Part shown: piece by piece, positions 29,281 to 39,865 of the stretch
Position numbering within the stretch: the stretch's first letter is position 1
Layout: each line of letters begins with the position of its first letter
From: an uncultured delta proteobacterium
GTDB taxonomy: Bacteria; Myxococcota_A; Polyangia; Haliangiales; Haliangiaceae
NCBI GenBank assembly: GCA_963848295.1
Contig: CAWKDB010000010.1
Span: 3,136,001-3,200,000 of the forward strand
Length of the DNA stretch: 64,000 nt
Direction: 5' to 3'
Notes under the pieces: model-generated
Databases searched by the model: none
Told to the model about the DNA's origin: nothing
Seen by the model: only the letters and a program-made list of their open reading frames with translations
Made by a program: the position numbers and the translations under genes

Positions 29281-30291
29281 TGCGACGTCCGCGATGCCTT
29301 CGTGCTCGGCTACTCGGATCGGAAGGTCGAGGAACGCGCCGATGGTCTCGATGTTGGTCGTCGCGTGCAGCGACAGCGGGGCGAGGGTGCGAAACCGGCC
29401 ACCGCCGGCGACGGCCATCGGCAAGAGGAGCTGATCGGCGCAGTGCTCGCCGACGGGGACGCCGGCTTCCAGGAAGTCTTCGAGCTCGTCGAGCGCGTCG
29501 TCGGCGACATCTTCGGCAGGATAGCCCTTGCGCCCGTGCGACGTGCACAGCTCGCGCGCGCCGCTGTCGAGCGTGACCTCGGCGAAGAACACGTTGTTCG
29601 GTCCAGCGTCGTCGAACGAGCGCAGCTCGCAGGTCGGCTGGTTCAGGCGTTCGCGCGCGACCGCGAGCTCGCGTTCGCCGACGTGACTCGGCAGCTTCGC
29701 GATGATCGCGACCGCGCGCCGCTCGACGACCGCGCCGGCGGCGACCACCTCGATCGGACGCAGCACGCTGCCCTCGGCGATGTCGACGATGATCTTCCCG
29801 CCGCCGGTCGGCATCAAGCCGTGGCGATCGAGCGTCAGCGTCAACTTCGCGCCCATCGCGGCCAGGTGCGGTGCCAAGACGCGGTCCAAGAATTCGAACG
29901 GTGGCGCGAGCGAGTTGTGCGTGCCGCCGGTGATCACGATCCGCAACGCGCGACCGCTCGCGATCGCGGGCACGAGCACGGTCTGCGCGACCAACACGGT
30001 CGAGCCGGCGCTGCCGATATCGATCGCCAGCTCGCTCGGCCGCGCGTCGCCCGGCGCGAACGCGAGATCTTGCGAATCGAGCTCGGCACCTTCGACTCGA
30101 GCGCCGCACAGTGCAGCGGCGGCCTCGACGCACGTGAGGTGCTGCCGCTGCAACCCGGGGCGCTTGCGCCCGGCGCGAATCCTGCGCAACCGGAGCTTGC
30201 GCCCGGTGATGATCGCGAGCGCGAGCGACGTGCGCAGCACTTGGCCGCCACCTTCACCGCGCGAGCCGTCGATCGTCACCGGTAATCGCAT
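29230..30291 (-). CDS. rtcA: RNA 3'-terminal phosphate cyclase
   Basis: IDGSRGEGGGQVLR, PGLQRQH, SAGS, GGTH, HCADQL, HATTN; last ~15 aa encoded by the repeat. Confidence 0.96.
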   Translation of the reverse strand: MRLPVTIDGSRGEGGGQVLRTSLALAIITGRKLRLRRIRAGRKRPGLQRQHLTCVEAAAALCGARVEGAELDSQDLAFAPGDARPSELAIDIGSAGSTVLVAQTVLVPAIASGRALRIVITGGTHNSLAPPFEFLDRVLAPHLAAMGAKLTLTLDRHGLMPTGGGKIIVDIAEGSVLRPIEVVAAGAVVERRAVAIIAKLPSHVGERELAVARERLNQPTCELRSFDDAGPNNVFFAEVTLDSGARELCTSHGRKGYPAEDVADDALDELEDFLEAGVPVGEHCADQLLLPMAVAGGGRFRTLAPLSLHATTNIETIGAFLDLPIRVAEHEGIADVALGTLSLLSTCAPTPAG

Positions 30292-30293
30292 CG

Positions 30294-31505
30294 CTAGCCC
30301 TTCACGCACACGACTTGGCGCAGCTGGTGGACGACCTCGACGAGCTCGGCCTGCGCGGCCATCACGACGTCGATCGGCTTGTACGCCATCGGGGTCTCGT
30401 CGATCACGTCGGCGTCCTTGCGGCACTCGATGCCTTCGGTGGCGCGCGCGTGATCCTCGACGGTGAACCGCCGCTTCGCTGCGCCGCGCGACATCGCACG
30501 CCCGGCGCCGTGGCTGCACGAGCAAAACGATTCCGGGTTGCCCTTGCCGCGCACGATGAAGCTCGCGGCACCCATCGAGCCCGGGATGATGCCGAGATCG
30601 CCGAGCCGCGCCCGCACCGCGCCCTTGCGCGTCACCAACACGTCGGTGCCAAAGTGATGCTCGCGCGAGACGTAGTTGTGGTGACAGTTGACCGCGGTGT
30701 CACCGAGCTCGAACCGCGGCAGCTTCGTGCGCGCCGCCGCGATCACTGCGTCCATCATCAGCTGGCGGTTGGTCGACGCGAACTGCTGCGCCCACTCGAC
30801 CGCGTCGACGTAATCCGCGAAGTGCCGGCTACCTTCGTCGAAGTACGCGAGGTCGCGATCCGGCAGGTTGCGCTGCAGGCGCTGCATGTCGCGCCTCGCG
30901 AGCTCGATGAAGTACGTGCCGATCCGATTGCCGACGCCGCGCGAGCCCGAGTGCAGCATGAACCACACGCGATCCGCTTCGTCGAGGCAGACCTCGATGA
31001 AGTGGTTCCCGGTGCCGAGCGTGCCGAGCTGGTTGACGTCGTTGCCTTGACCGACGCGCGGGTGCTTCGCGCTGATCGCGGCGTACGTCGCCTGCAGCGC
31101 CTGCCATGCCGCCGCGTTTGCCGCCGGTACGTCGTGCCATGCGCCGCGATCGCCGCGCCCGCCGTTGCGCGTCCGACCGTGCGGCACCGCCGCCTCGATC
31201 GCGGAGCGCACGGCCTTCAAGTCGTCCGGCAACTGGCTCGCCGCCAGCGTCGTCTCGACCGCCATCATGCCGCAGCCGATGTCGACGCCGACCGCCGCCG
31301 GGATCACGGCGCGCTCGGTCGCGACGACGCTACCGACGGTTGCACCGATGCCGAAATGGACGTCGGGCATCGCCGCGACGTGATGAAACACGATCGGCAG
31401 TCGCGCCGTATTCGCGAGCTGAGCTCGCGCCTGCGCTTCGATGTCCAGGCCGCGCGTCCATGCCTTGATCGGCACGCCGCCGGTTTCGATCAGCTCGTAG
31501 TCCAT
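30294..31505 (-). CDS. rtcB: RtcB RNA ligase
   Basis: MPDVH, VGVDIGCG, GNHFIE, HSGSRG, HHNY, SHGAGR, DETPMAYK, CVKG. Confidence 0.98.
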   Translation of the reverse strand: MDYELIETGGVPIKAWTRGLDIEAQARAQLANTARLPIVFHHVAAMPDVHFGIGATVGSVVATERAVIPAAVGVDIGCGMMAVETTLAASQLPDDLKAVRSAIEAAVPHGRTRNGGRGDRGAWHDVPAANAAAWQALQATYAAISAKHPRVGQGNDVNQLGTLGTGNHFIEVCLDEADRVWFMLHSGSRGVGNRIGTYFIELARRDMQRLQRNLPDRDLAYFDEGSRHFADYVDAVEWAQQFASTNRQLMMDAVIAAARTKLPRFELGDTAVNCHHNYVSREHHFGTDVLVTRKGAVRARLGDLGIIPGSMGAASFIVRGKGNPESFCSCSHGAGRAMSRGAAKRRFTVEDHARATEGIECRKDADVIDETPMAYKPIDVVMAAQAELVEVVHQLRQVVCVKG

Positions 31506-31632
31506 GACCGTTCCTTCGGCTGCCTTACCAGCCGGTCGCCGCGAACGCCCCTCGGCTCGCGATCGCAAGACTTCTACGCGAACGCTCGGCGGCTCGCAAG
31601 CCTGTTCGCGGAACTGGCCCAAACCACGAGCA

Positions 31633-32268
31633 TCACGCGCGGCGTCTGGGCTGTCCGAGCCGTGCGGCGAGGTAGTGACGGAGCATGACCTTGGTCTCTT
31701 CCAGGATCGCTTTCGCCGCGGCGGGCTGCGCGCGTTGCGACACGAACAACATCGTCGCGACCGTGGTCACGATCATCGTCGCGACGAGCTGGCGCTCGGC
31801 CGGTGCCAGCGCGCGCGCGATCCCGCCGAGCTTGCCGGCGACCTGGGCCACGATGAAGTGATGCAGCGCGGTGTCGGTCTCGGCGTAGAGGCCGTACAGC
31901 TGTAGGTTCATCAGCACCGCACGGAACGATGGATCGCTGCGGTGAAGGATCGCGAACGCGTCGATCATGGCGTCGATCGCGTCGGGCCACGGGACACGCG
32001 AGGTGTCGGTCGTCATCAGCGCTTGGAACGCGGACCGGGTGCGCTCGAGGCAGCGCTCGGCGAGCGCCTGGAACACCGCGCGCTTGTCGGGAAAGAACTG
32101 GTAGAGCGACCCGATCGCGCTGTCGGCGCCCTCGGCGATGTCCTCCATCGTGGCGGGATCGAACCCGCGGTCGGCGAACACCACCGCCGCGGCGTCGAGG
32201 ATCGCCTCGTACCGGCGCTTGCTGCGCGCTTGGATCGGGACGCGGCGGCGCGGGGCAGCAGTTCTCAC
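31633..32268 (-). CDS. TetR family regulator
   Basis: QARSKRRYEAILDAAA...IGSLYQFFPDK. Confidence 0.92.
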   Translation of the reverse strand: MRTAAPRRRVPIQARSKRRYEAILDAAAVVFADRGFDPATMEDIAEGADSAIGSLYQFFPDKRAVFQALAERCLERTRSAFQALMTTDTSRVPWPDAIDAMIDAFAILHRSDPSFRAVLMNLQLYGLYAETDTALHHFIVAQVAGKLGGIARALAPAERQLVATMIVTTVATMLFVSQRAQPAAAKAILEETKVMLRHYLAARLGQPRRRA

Positions 32269-32326
32269 TTGACAATAATATGAGGAGATCCTCATATTCG
32301 TCAAATATGAGGGTGCCCTCAGATAT
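32269..32326. promoter_or_regulatory. Divergent promoter with two palindromic operators
   Basis: TTGACA at 32269; AATATGAGG-AGAT-CCTCATATT (32277-32298); similar AATATGAGGGTGCCCTCAGATAT (32304-32326). Confidence 0.8.
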
Positions 32327-32342
32327 AAGCCAGGAGTCATCG

Positions 32343-33173
32343 ATGTTGTCGCCCGAGGTCTCGTCGCCATCTGCATCGCCACCCGCGTCCGCGCTCACCG
32401 CTCGCCCCAGCGATCCATCGCGCTATCCGTCCGACGTCGATCTGCGCGGTTACGATCGCGCGCAGTCGTTCGCGAAGCTCGCGGCGGCGACGATCGCGGC
32501 GCGCGTCGAGGTCGGCATGTCCGAAGCCGACGCGACCGCGGTGACCAAGCAGGTGTTTCGCGACCTCGGCATCCGCGACCACTGGCACATGCCGGTGATC
32601 GGCGCCGGGCCGGGCAGCACGAAGTTCACGAGCGCCGGCCGACTGCTGCGCAGCTTCGTCGGCGGCAAGAAGCGCATGGTGCGCGACGGTGACGTCCTGT
32701 TCATCGATATCGCCCCGTTCTTCGAGGGCTATCCGTCCGACTTCACGCTCACGTATCTCTACGGCGACAACGATCGACTGCGCGAGCTGATCGATACGGT
32801 GCTCGCGGTCACGCGCCGGATCTCGAACCACCTGCGGCAGGACATGCAGGCGAGCGACGCATGGCAGTGGATCCAGGCCGAGGTCGCGGCGAGCTGCTCG
32901 TACGAGCTGATGCCTTTCCCGATCAGCCCGGTCGCGCATCGGTTCTGCAAGCTGCCCGACCACTGGCGGCCATTTCGCGAAGTCGGCACGATCCATTTGT
33001 TCCTGATGGGATCGCCGATCCTCGTGCGGCGCTCGAAGACCGCGATGCGCGGCCTGTGGGTCATCGAGCCCCTGCTCGTCGACCGGTCGCTCGATCGCGC
33101 CGCGAAGACCGAGGAGATCGCGTTCGTGACCGGCTCCGAGACCCTGATCTTTGGCGAGCAAGCGTTCTCGTGA
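32343..33173 (+). CDS. M24 (pita-bread) metallopeptidase-like protein
   Basis: AGGAG RBS; DIAP...SDFT, H, IEP, TEE candidate metal ligands. Confidence 0.75.
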   Translation: MLSPEVSSPSASPPASALTARPSDPSRYPSDVDLRGYDRAQSFAKLAAATIAARVEVGMSEADATAVTKQVFRDLGIRDHWHMPVIGAGPGSTKFTSAGRLLRSFVGGKKRMVRDGDVLFIDIAPFFEGYPSDFTLTYLYGDNDRLRELIDTVLAVTRRISNHLRQDMQASDAWQWIQAEVAASCSYELMPFPISPVAHRFCKLPDHWRPFREVGTIHLFLMGSPILVRRSKTAMRGLWVIEPLLVDRSLDRAAKTEEIAFVTGSETLIFGEQAFS

Positions 33174-33195
33174 CCGCTTACGATGGAGCCGGACG

Positions 33196-35883
33196 ATGAG
33201 ACGTTGGCTAGGTTGCCTGCTGCTGTGCGCCGCGTGCGGAGACAACACGCGCCCGGTGGTCGACTTGCCGGGCGACGAGCTGGCGCTGCGCGCGAAGCTA
33301 GGCATCCCGAGCTATGCGAAGCGCGTGATCGTGTTCGGCCAGAACGCGCACCTCGACATCGATTGGCAGCACACGTTCGACGACTACTATTCGCTCTACG
33401 TCGACGACGTCTTCGGGCAGGCACAGCAGATTCTCGGCGACCAGCCGCGCGCGTTCTACAGCGTCGCCGAGATGGCGTACTTGCAGCAGTACGTCGCGAC
33501 CCACCCGGATCAGCTCAGCGCGCTCCAGGCGGCGGTCGCATCCGGCCAGCTGCACGTCGTCGGCGGTGGGATGACGAGCCCCGATACGCTGTTGCCGGAG
33601 ACCGAGCTGCTCGCGCGCGATTTTCTCTACGGCGTCGAGTTCGCCGAAGATCAGCTCGGCGCGCACCCGCAGGCGGCATGGTTGCCGGATTCATTCGGCC
33701 ACGGCGCCGCGGCGCCCGATCTGCTCGCTGCCGCCGGGTTCACGAGCGTCGCGATGTCGCGCATCGACGGCGCGCCGGATCTCCTCGACGAGGTGCTCGA
33801 CCGCCGGACCACGCCGCTGCCCGATTCGACCGCCGATCAACTCGCCGCGATCGGCAGCGCCGACTTTTTGTGGCGCGGCGCCGGCGGCGCGACGATCCTC
33901 GCGCACTACCTCGCGGGCAGCGGGCTGTACTGCCAGGGCGACAACCTCGACTACAACGAGCTGCTCGAGCTACCCGGCGGTCACCTCGGGCCGTTCAAGG
34001 GCAACGATCCGACGTTTACCGATGCGTCGATCGATCGCTACATCTCCGAGCTCGCGCCATACGCGCAGACGCCGTACATGTTCGTGCCGGTCGGCTGCGA
34101 TTTCGCGTCGCCGAAGGAGCAGCTGATCAGTTACCTCGACGGCTACAACGAGCGCAGCGACTCGGGCGTCTACGCGGTCGCCGCGCCGTTCGACGACTAC
34201 GCGAGCCTCGTCGGATTTCACCGCGATGCGTTGCCGACGATCGATCACGAGCTGTCGCCGTACTTCATGGGCTTTTTCGGCAGTCGCGCGGACATCAAGC
34301 GCCAGACCCGCGACGCCGCGCGCCCGTTCTTCGTCGCCGAGACGTTCGCGCCGTTGCTCGGCGCCGCCGGCGCGGCGATCACCTCCGCCGCCGCTCCGGC
34401 GCTGACCCAGCTGACGCGCACCGACCATCACGACTTCGTGACCGGGACGTCGGCGGATCCGGTGGTCGCTTCCGAGCAGATGCCGCTGCTCGCCGCCGCG
34501 CAAGCTGCCGGAGATGCGGCGCTCGCCCAGGTCGCGGCGGGGCTGTCGGCGGCGATGCCCGAGACTGCCGGTACGGTCGCTCGGTCGCTCGCGCTGAATG
34601 CGGCGAGCGCGGCGCAGACCGCCGTGACCGAGCTCGACGTCGCGACGACGGGCGGCGCGGTGCCGGCCGTGCACGCGGTCGCCGACGGCCAGGCGCTGCC
34701 GCTCGAGCTGATCGAGCCGCCGTCCGCGACGCTCGCGCGGTTCCGCACCGAGGTCGACGTCGGACCTTTTGGCTGGCAGGCGATCGACGTCGTGCCCGGC
34801 GCGATGGCACCGCCGCCGCCCGCGGTGACGTTGCAGCTGCTCGACGGCACCGGCGCGCCGACGACCGGCGCCGCGATCGCGCGCGTCGTGCTCGCGAACA
34901 GCCACGTCACCGCGACGTGGGCGATCGCGAACGGCTCGTTCGCGATGGTCTCGCTCGTGATCGATGGCAACGAAGCGCTCGCGCAGCCGTCGCTCGTGGT
35001 CGCGGACTACGCCGATCAGGGTGGGCTGTGGCGGCTCGGCAACGAGATGCCGGGCTGCACGCTCACGCCGCAGCCGGCGATGCCGGCGGTCGAGACCGTG
35101 CAGGTGCTCGAGCAAGGCGCACTGCGCGCGCGCGTCGCGTTCGTCGGCGCGGACGCCACGCGCGAGGTCGCGCTCGATGCCGACGCCGACGCGATCGATC
35201 TCGCGCTCGTCACCGGCGCGGCCGAGGCCACGACCCGCACCGCCGCGTTTCACTTCGCGGTCGATCCGAGCGCGACCCTCTCGACGTCCGTGCCGGGAGG
35301 TTGGACCGACCGGCCGGCGGAGCGCGTCTACACGCCGACGTTCTGGGCGGCGGTCGGCTGGGCCCGCGTCGGCGGCTGGGCGGTGCTGTTGCGGCAATCG
35401 ACCGGCGCGCGGATGGACACGCCCGGTGCGCTCGAGCTGATGGCCGCGCGCGATGCGCGGTCGGAGCAGTGCGATATCGAGGGCGGCAGCGGCTCCGATC
35501 CGGGGACGCATCGGATCGAATGGCGGATCGCGCCGGCGGGCGATGCGCTCGCGGCCGAGCTCGCGGCCCAGGCGTTCGACCGCCCGGTCGAGCTGATCGC
35601 GACGACCGGCGCGGGCAGCGGGCTCGCGACGAGCGGCAGCTTGGCATCGATCAGCGGCGGCGGCGTGATCTCGGCGATCAAGCCAGCCGAGCGCGGGCCC
35701 GGCGTGATCGTGCGCGCTCAGCTCGTCACCGGCGCCGCGACGGTCCAGCTATCATCCGCGTTGCCCCACAGCTCGATCACGTCGACCGATCTGGTCGAGC
35801 GCGATCTCGCCCCGCGGGTCGCGAGCGATCACGTTCTATTCGCGCCATCGGATGGTGCGCTCCAGACCGTGCGCTTGCAGTGA
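33196..35883 (+). CDS. GH38 alpha-mannosidase-like lipoprotein
   Basis: AHLDIDW, WLPDSFGH, HHDFVTGT; CAAC lipobox. Confidence 0.88.
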   Translation: MRRWLGCLLLCAACGDNTRPVVDLPGDELALRAKLGIPSYAKRVIVFGQNAHLDIDWQHTFDDYYSLYVDDVFGQAQQILGDQPRAFYSVAEMAYLQQYVATHPDQLSALQAAVASGQLHVVGGGMTSPDTLLPETELLARDFLYGVEFAEDQLGAHPQAAWLPDSFGHGAAAPDLLAAAGFTSVAMSRIDGAPDLLDEVLDRRTTPLPDSTADQLAAIGSADFLWRGAGGATILAHYLAGSGLYCQGDNLDYNELLELPGGHLGPFKGNDPTFTDASIDRYISELAPYAQTPYMFVPVGCDFASPKEQLISYLDGYNERSDSGVYAVAAPFDDYASLVGFHRDALPTIDHELSPYFMGFFGSRADIKRQTRDAARPFFVAETFAPLLGAAGAAITSAAAPALTQLTRTDHHDFVTGTSADPVVASEQMPLLAAAQAAGDAALAQVAAGLSAAMPETAGTVARSLALNAASAAQTAVTELDVATTGGAVPAVHAVADGQALPLELIEPPSATLARFRTEVDVGPFGWQAIDVVPGAMAPPPPAVTLQLLDGTGAPTTGAAIARVVLANSHVTATWAIANGSFAMVSLVIDGNEALAQPSLVVADYADQGGLWRLGNEMPGCTLTPQPAMPAVETVQVLEQGALRARVAFVGADATREVALDADADAIDLALVTGAAEATTRTAAFHFAVDPSATLSTSVPGGWTDRPAERVYTPTFWAAVGWARVGGWAVLLRQSTGARMDTPGALELMAARDARSEQCDIEGGSGSDPGTHRIEWRIAPAGDALAAELAAQAFDRPVELIATTGAGSGLATSGSLASISGGGVISAIKPAERGPGVIVRAQLVTGAATVQLSSALPHSSITSTDLVERDLAPRVASDHVLFAPSDGALQTVRLQ

Positions 35884-36162
35884 GCGGCTACGCGCCGTAG
35901 GCGTCGGCGATGAAGTGGCCGAGCGCGGTGGCATCGAGGCAGATCGCGCGATGACCGACGCCTAAGGGCGTGAGCGCGGCGCGATCCAGCGCAGCGGGCC
36001 GCGATGAACGCGCTCGTACTGATCGTTCGAGATCGGGCCGCCATCGACGAGCTCGGCGCCATCACTGCGAATCGCGATCGGATCTTCGAGCACCACCGGC
36101 TCGCGCGCACCACGGTAGAGCTCGATGTCCACGCCGGGACGCAAGTAGCGAATCGCGAAGAT

Positions 36163-36963
36163 CTACTCGGGCTCGGGCTCGGGCTCGGGCGCGAGATCGA
36201 CCGACGGCAGCTCCACCGCGCGCGGCGTCCACCGCTTGTTGCGGACGTAGATCGAATTCGCCATCCCGAACACCGACAGCGTGCGGATGAACATCCAGCC
36301 GACATCGACCTCCCACCACTTCATCGCGAACTTCGCGGAGCGCGGCCAGCGGTGGTGGTTGTTGTGGAGCTCTTCGCCGCTGCAGATCACCGCGACCGGC
36401 ATGATGTTGCGGCTGGTGTCCTTGGTGTCGAAGTTGCGATAGCCGAGCACGTGACCCACGCCGTTGATGAAACCGGCGGCCCACAGCGACACCCAGATGA
36501 TCTGCACGGCGTACGCGAACAAGCCGTACCAGCCGAACAGCAACAGATCCAAGCCGAGCATCAACAGCAGCCCGAGGTTGTCGTGCTTGTCGTAGACGTT
36601 GCGTTCGAGCCAATCGTTCGGGCAGTTGTCCCCGCCGTACTTCTCGATCGTCGCTTTGTTCATCGCCTCGCGGCGATAGTAGAAGTAGCCGAGGAAAAAG
36701 ATCTTCGCGAGCCCGTGCTGTGCGGGGGAGTGCGGATCCTCCGGTAGGTCGGTGAACGCGTGATGCTTGCGATGGACCGCGACCCAGCGGCGGGTCGGCG
36801 TACCGGTCGCGAACCACAACCAGAACCGCATGAAGTGCGCGACGATCGGATGCAGCGTCACGGCGCGATGCGCGATCGAGCGGTGGGCGTAGACGCTCAG
36901 GCAAAAGATCGCGAGCCAGCCACCGAGCGCGGAGACCACCAGTGGCCAGATGAAGTGCGACAT
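36163..36963 (-). CDS. Delta-9-type fatty acid desaturase
   Basis: His boxes HRSIAH, HRKHH, HNNHH. Confidence 0.95.
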   Translation of the reverse strand: MSHFIWPLVVSALGGWLAIFCLSVYAHRSIAHRAVTLHPIVAHFMRFWLWFATGTPTRRWVAVHRKHHAFTDLPEDPHSPAQHGLAKIFFLGYFYYRREAMNKATIEKYGGDNCPNDWLERNVYDKHDNLGLLLMLGLDLLLFGWYGLFAYAVQIIWVSLWAAGFINGVGHVLGYRNFDTKDTSRNIMPVAVICSGEELHNNHHRWPRSAKFAMKWWEVDVGWMFIRTLSVFGMANSIYVRNKRWTPRAVELPSVDLAPEPEPEPE

Positions 36964-37017
36964 CGTTAGTAGGCGGCACCTTAGCCCGAGGTCGGCGTGG
37001 TTTCCAACCCGAGACGG

Positions 37018-38913
37018 TCAGCGATAGCCGGCGGCCTGCAAGCTGAACAACGTCGCGTACCTACCGTTCGCGGCGACCAGCTGTTCGTGCGAGCCGCGCT
37101 CGGTGATCTTGCCGTGGTCGAGCACGATGATCTGGTCGGCCATCCGCACGGTCGAGAATCGGTGCGAGATGACGATCGCGATCTTGTCGTCGGTGAGCTC
37201 GCGAAAGCGATCGAAGATCTTCACTTCGGCTTCGGCGTCCATAGACGCGGTCGGCTCGTCGAGCACGAGCACGTCGGCGTCGCGCCGCATGAACGAGCGG
37301 GCGAGCGCGACCTTCTGCCATTGCCCGAGCGACAGCTCGCGACCGCCTTTGAACCACTTGCCGAGCTGGGTGTCGTACTCGCCTGGCAGCGTGACGATGA
37401 ACGGCTTCGCGAGGCCGCGCTCGGCCGCGTCGTCCCAGCGTGAGCGGTCGTCGTACGCGCGGTCGTCACCCGCGCCGATGTTCTCGCCGACCTTCATTTG
37501 ATAGCGCGCGAAGTCCTGGAAGATCACGCCGACGCGGCGATGCAGCGCCGGCGGCGACCATTCGCGCAGGTCGCGCCCGTCGAGCAGGATCCGCCCGGTC
37601 GTCGGTTCGTACAGGCGCGTCAGCAGCTTGATCAGCGTGGTCTTGCCCGAACCGTTCTCGCCGACGATCGCGAGCTTCGAGCCCGGCCGGATGTGCAGGT
37701 CGATGTCGGTGAGCGCGTGCTCGTTCGAGCCGGGGTAGACGAACGAGACGTGCTCGAACCGGACGCCGTCGCCCGGATCGGGGCCGACGGTCGCGTCGCC
37801 CGGCGGCGTGATCGTCTTGGTGTCGAGGAACTCGTACAGGTTCGACAAGTACAGGTTGTCCTCGTACATGCCGCCGATGTCGCCGAGCGCGCTCGCCAGC
37901 GCCGACTGCCCTTGCTTGAACACGAGCACGTACATCGTCATCGCGCCGATCGACAGCGTCTTGCTGATCGTCGCGTAGGCGATCCACAGGTACATGCCGT
38001 AGAACGCGATCTGACCGAGCGCGCCGAGCACGAGCGCCCACACGCCGCGCTTGATCGCGATCGCGCGATCGCCGGCGTACAGCTTGTCGAAGATCGCGCG
38101 GTAACGATCGAGGAAGCGCGGGCCGAGCCCGAACAGCTTGACCTCTTTCGCGTACGCGTCGGTCGCGAGCACGGCCTCGACGTAGAGCTGCTCGCGGGTC
38201 TCCGGCGTGCGCCAGCGCGATAGCCGGAACGCGTCGCCGGAGAACTTGAGCTCGCTGATGAACGGCGGGATCGCGGCCGCGACGAGCACGGCGAGCGCGA
38301 TCGGCGAGAAGGCCGCGAGCAAGCCGCCGAGGCCGATCAACGTGATGATGCTCTGGCCGAGCTCGAACGTCTCGGACACGAGCGACAGCGGCCGCGACGA
38401 GGCCTCGCGCCGCGCGCGAGTCAGCTTGTCGTAGAGCTCGGAGTCTTCGAACTGGACGAGCTCGAGCGTGAGCGCCTTCTCGAGGATCTCGACGTTGATC
38501 CGCTGGCCGAGCTCTTGGCGCAGCAACGCGCGAAAGATCCCGAGCGCGCGAGCGGCGAGTGCCATCGCGATCACCAGGCCGAGCTCGGCGAGCACCCATT
38601 GCATCGCCGGGCCGCGCGCACCGCCGTGGTCGCGCGCGAACACGATCGCATCGACGAGCTGCTTGCCGACGTATGCGACGGCGGTCGGCAGCACGCCGGA
38701 GACCAAGCTGCCGAGCGCGAGTCCGAGCGTGAGCCGGCGATTCGTCGACCACACGAGCTTGATCGCGCGCTTGCTGTACTTGAACACGCCGAGGTAGCTG
38801 CGCCACGTCACCGGCTCGTCTGGCGCGGTGGGAGCCTTGCCCGCTTTGTGTGGATCGGTCCCGCTCGCGGCCGAGGTGGCCGCCGGAGCCCCTCCACGCG
38901 CGGCTGCGGTCAT
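37018..38913 (-). CDS. ABC exporter, fused permease/ATPase
   Basis: TM helices; GENGSGKT, LSLGQ, LDEP, SHR. Confidence 0.96.
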   Translation of the reverse strand: MTAAARGGAPAATSAASGTDPHKAGKAPTAPDEPVTWRSYLGVFKYSKRAIKLVWSTNRRLTLGLALGSLVSGVLPTAVAYVGKQLVDAIVFARDHGGARGPAMQWVLAELGLVIAMALAARALGIFRALLRQELGQRINVEILEKALTLELVQFEDSELYDKLTRARREASSRPLSLVSETFELGQSIITLIGLGGLLAAFSPIALAVLVAAAIPPFISELKFSGDAFRLSRWRTPETREQLYVEAVLATDAYAKEVKLFGLGPRFLDRYRAIFDKLYAGDRAIAIKRGVWALVLGALGQIAFYGMYLWIAYATISKTLSIGAMTMYVLVFKQGQSALASALGDIGGMYEDNLYLSNLYEFLDTKTITPPGDATVGPDPGDGVRFEHVSFVYPGSNEHALTDIDLHIRPGSKLAIVGENGSGKTTLIKLLTRLYEPTTGRILLDGRDLREWSPPALHRRVGVIFQDFARYQMKVGENIGAGDDRAYDDRSRWDDAAERGLAKPFIVTLPGEYDTQLGKWFKGGRELSLGQWQKVALARSFMRRDADVLVLDEPTASMDAEAEVKIFDRFRELTDDKIAIVISHRFSTVRMADQIIVLDHGKITERGSHEQLVAANGRYATLFSLQAAGYR

Positions 38914-38988
38914 GGCGTTCACTGTAATGCGGGCGTCGGGTTTGTGCCCGCATCGAGGCCCAGGCTTTCGGGTAGGTCGTCGCGGTCG

Positions 38989-39858
38989 CTAGGCCTTCGT
39001 GACTCGCGGTGCGGAGTACTGCTTCGCCAGCTTCTCGAGATCGTCGCGGTCCTCGCTCGGGACCTTGGCCTTGGCGGCGCGCAGCACCTTCGCGACCGCA
39101 GCGCGCGTCGCCGGCTCGATCTCGAATGCGTGGTCGAGCTGTGCGAGCACCTCGAGGCGCGGATTGTCGGTCGCGGCATGCGCGAGCGCGACCTCGATCG
39201 TCTTCGGTACCAGCGCGACGCATGCGTCCTTCATCGTGACGATGGCCTCGGCTGCCATCCACCAGGTCTTCGCGGTCGGCGTGATCGCGGCGTCGAGCGC
39301 GGCGCAAACGGCGGGCTTGTCGTCGAGCTGGATGAGCGCGACGTTGATCGCCGTGGACTGCATCGGCGAGTCGTCGAGTCGGAGCGCATCGAGTGCCAGT
39401 TGTTGCGCGGCCGGCGGCGGCTTCGGTCCGCTGCCGATCAGGTACGACGGGAACAGCGAGTCGAGCAGATGCGATGCCGCGGTCGCGGTCTGCGGACCGA
39501 CCGACAGCTTCCTGATGTCAGCGATGACGCGGTCGGCTTGGTTCGCGGTCACCGCTTCGCCGTTCATGATCCCCCACGCGATCTCCTGTTGGACGGCGGG
39601 AACCTTCTCGGCTTCTACCGCGTCGAGCCCCCACGCGAACACCTTCGTCTGGGTCACCGCGTTGAAGCCGTAGAGACACTGCGCGGCGAGCAGCCGCTTG
39701 ACCTGATCGGGATCCGCCAAGAATACGGCGCAGGTCTCCGCCGCGTCTTCCGAGCCTTGGTGCTGGAACGCGTACTCGTGGATCGCCTTGTACTCGGCAC
39801 AATCGAGCGGCAGCGTACCGTCACTGCCGAGCTTGCACGCCGAGCCCTTCGCGAGCAT
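38989..39858 (-). CDS. Helical-repeat-like hypothetical protein, possibly 5'-truncated
   Basis: Protein-like ORF whose 5' region abuts the rearrangement junction at 39866. Confidence 0.65.
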   Translation of the reverse strand: MLAKGSACKLGSDGTLPLDCAEYKAIHEYAFQHQGSEDAAETCAVFLADPDQVKRLLAAQCLYGFNAVTQTKVFAWGLDAVEAEKVPAVQQEIAWGIMNGEAVTANQADRVIADIRKLSVGPQTATAASHLLDSLFPSYLIGSGPKPPPAAQQLALDALRLDDSPMQSTAINVALIQLDDKPAVCAALDAAITPTAKTWWMAAEAIVTMKDACVALVPKTIEVALAHAATDNPRLEVLAQLDHAFEIEPATRAAVAKVLRAAKAKVPSEDRDDLEKLAKQYSAPRVTKA

Positions 39859-39865
39859 ATCGTTC

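Noticed and set aside
31510..31630. Sigma54 promoter for rtcBA
   Set aside because: TTGC elements are present but lack a correctly spaced GG.
35962..36144. 60-aa minus-strand ORF after the desaturase
   Set aside because: Protein-like but with a TTG start, no RBS and no recognisable motif; insufficient support.
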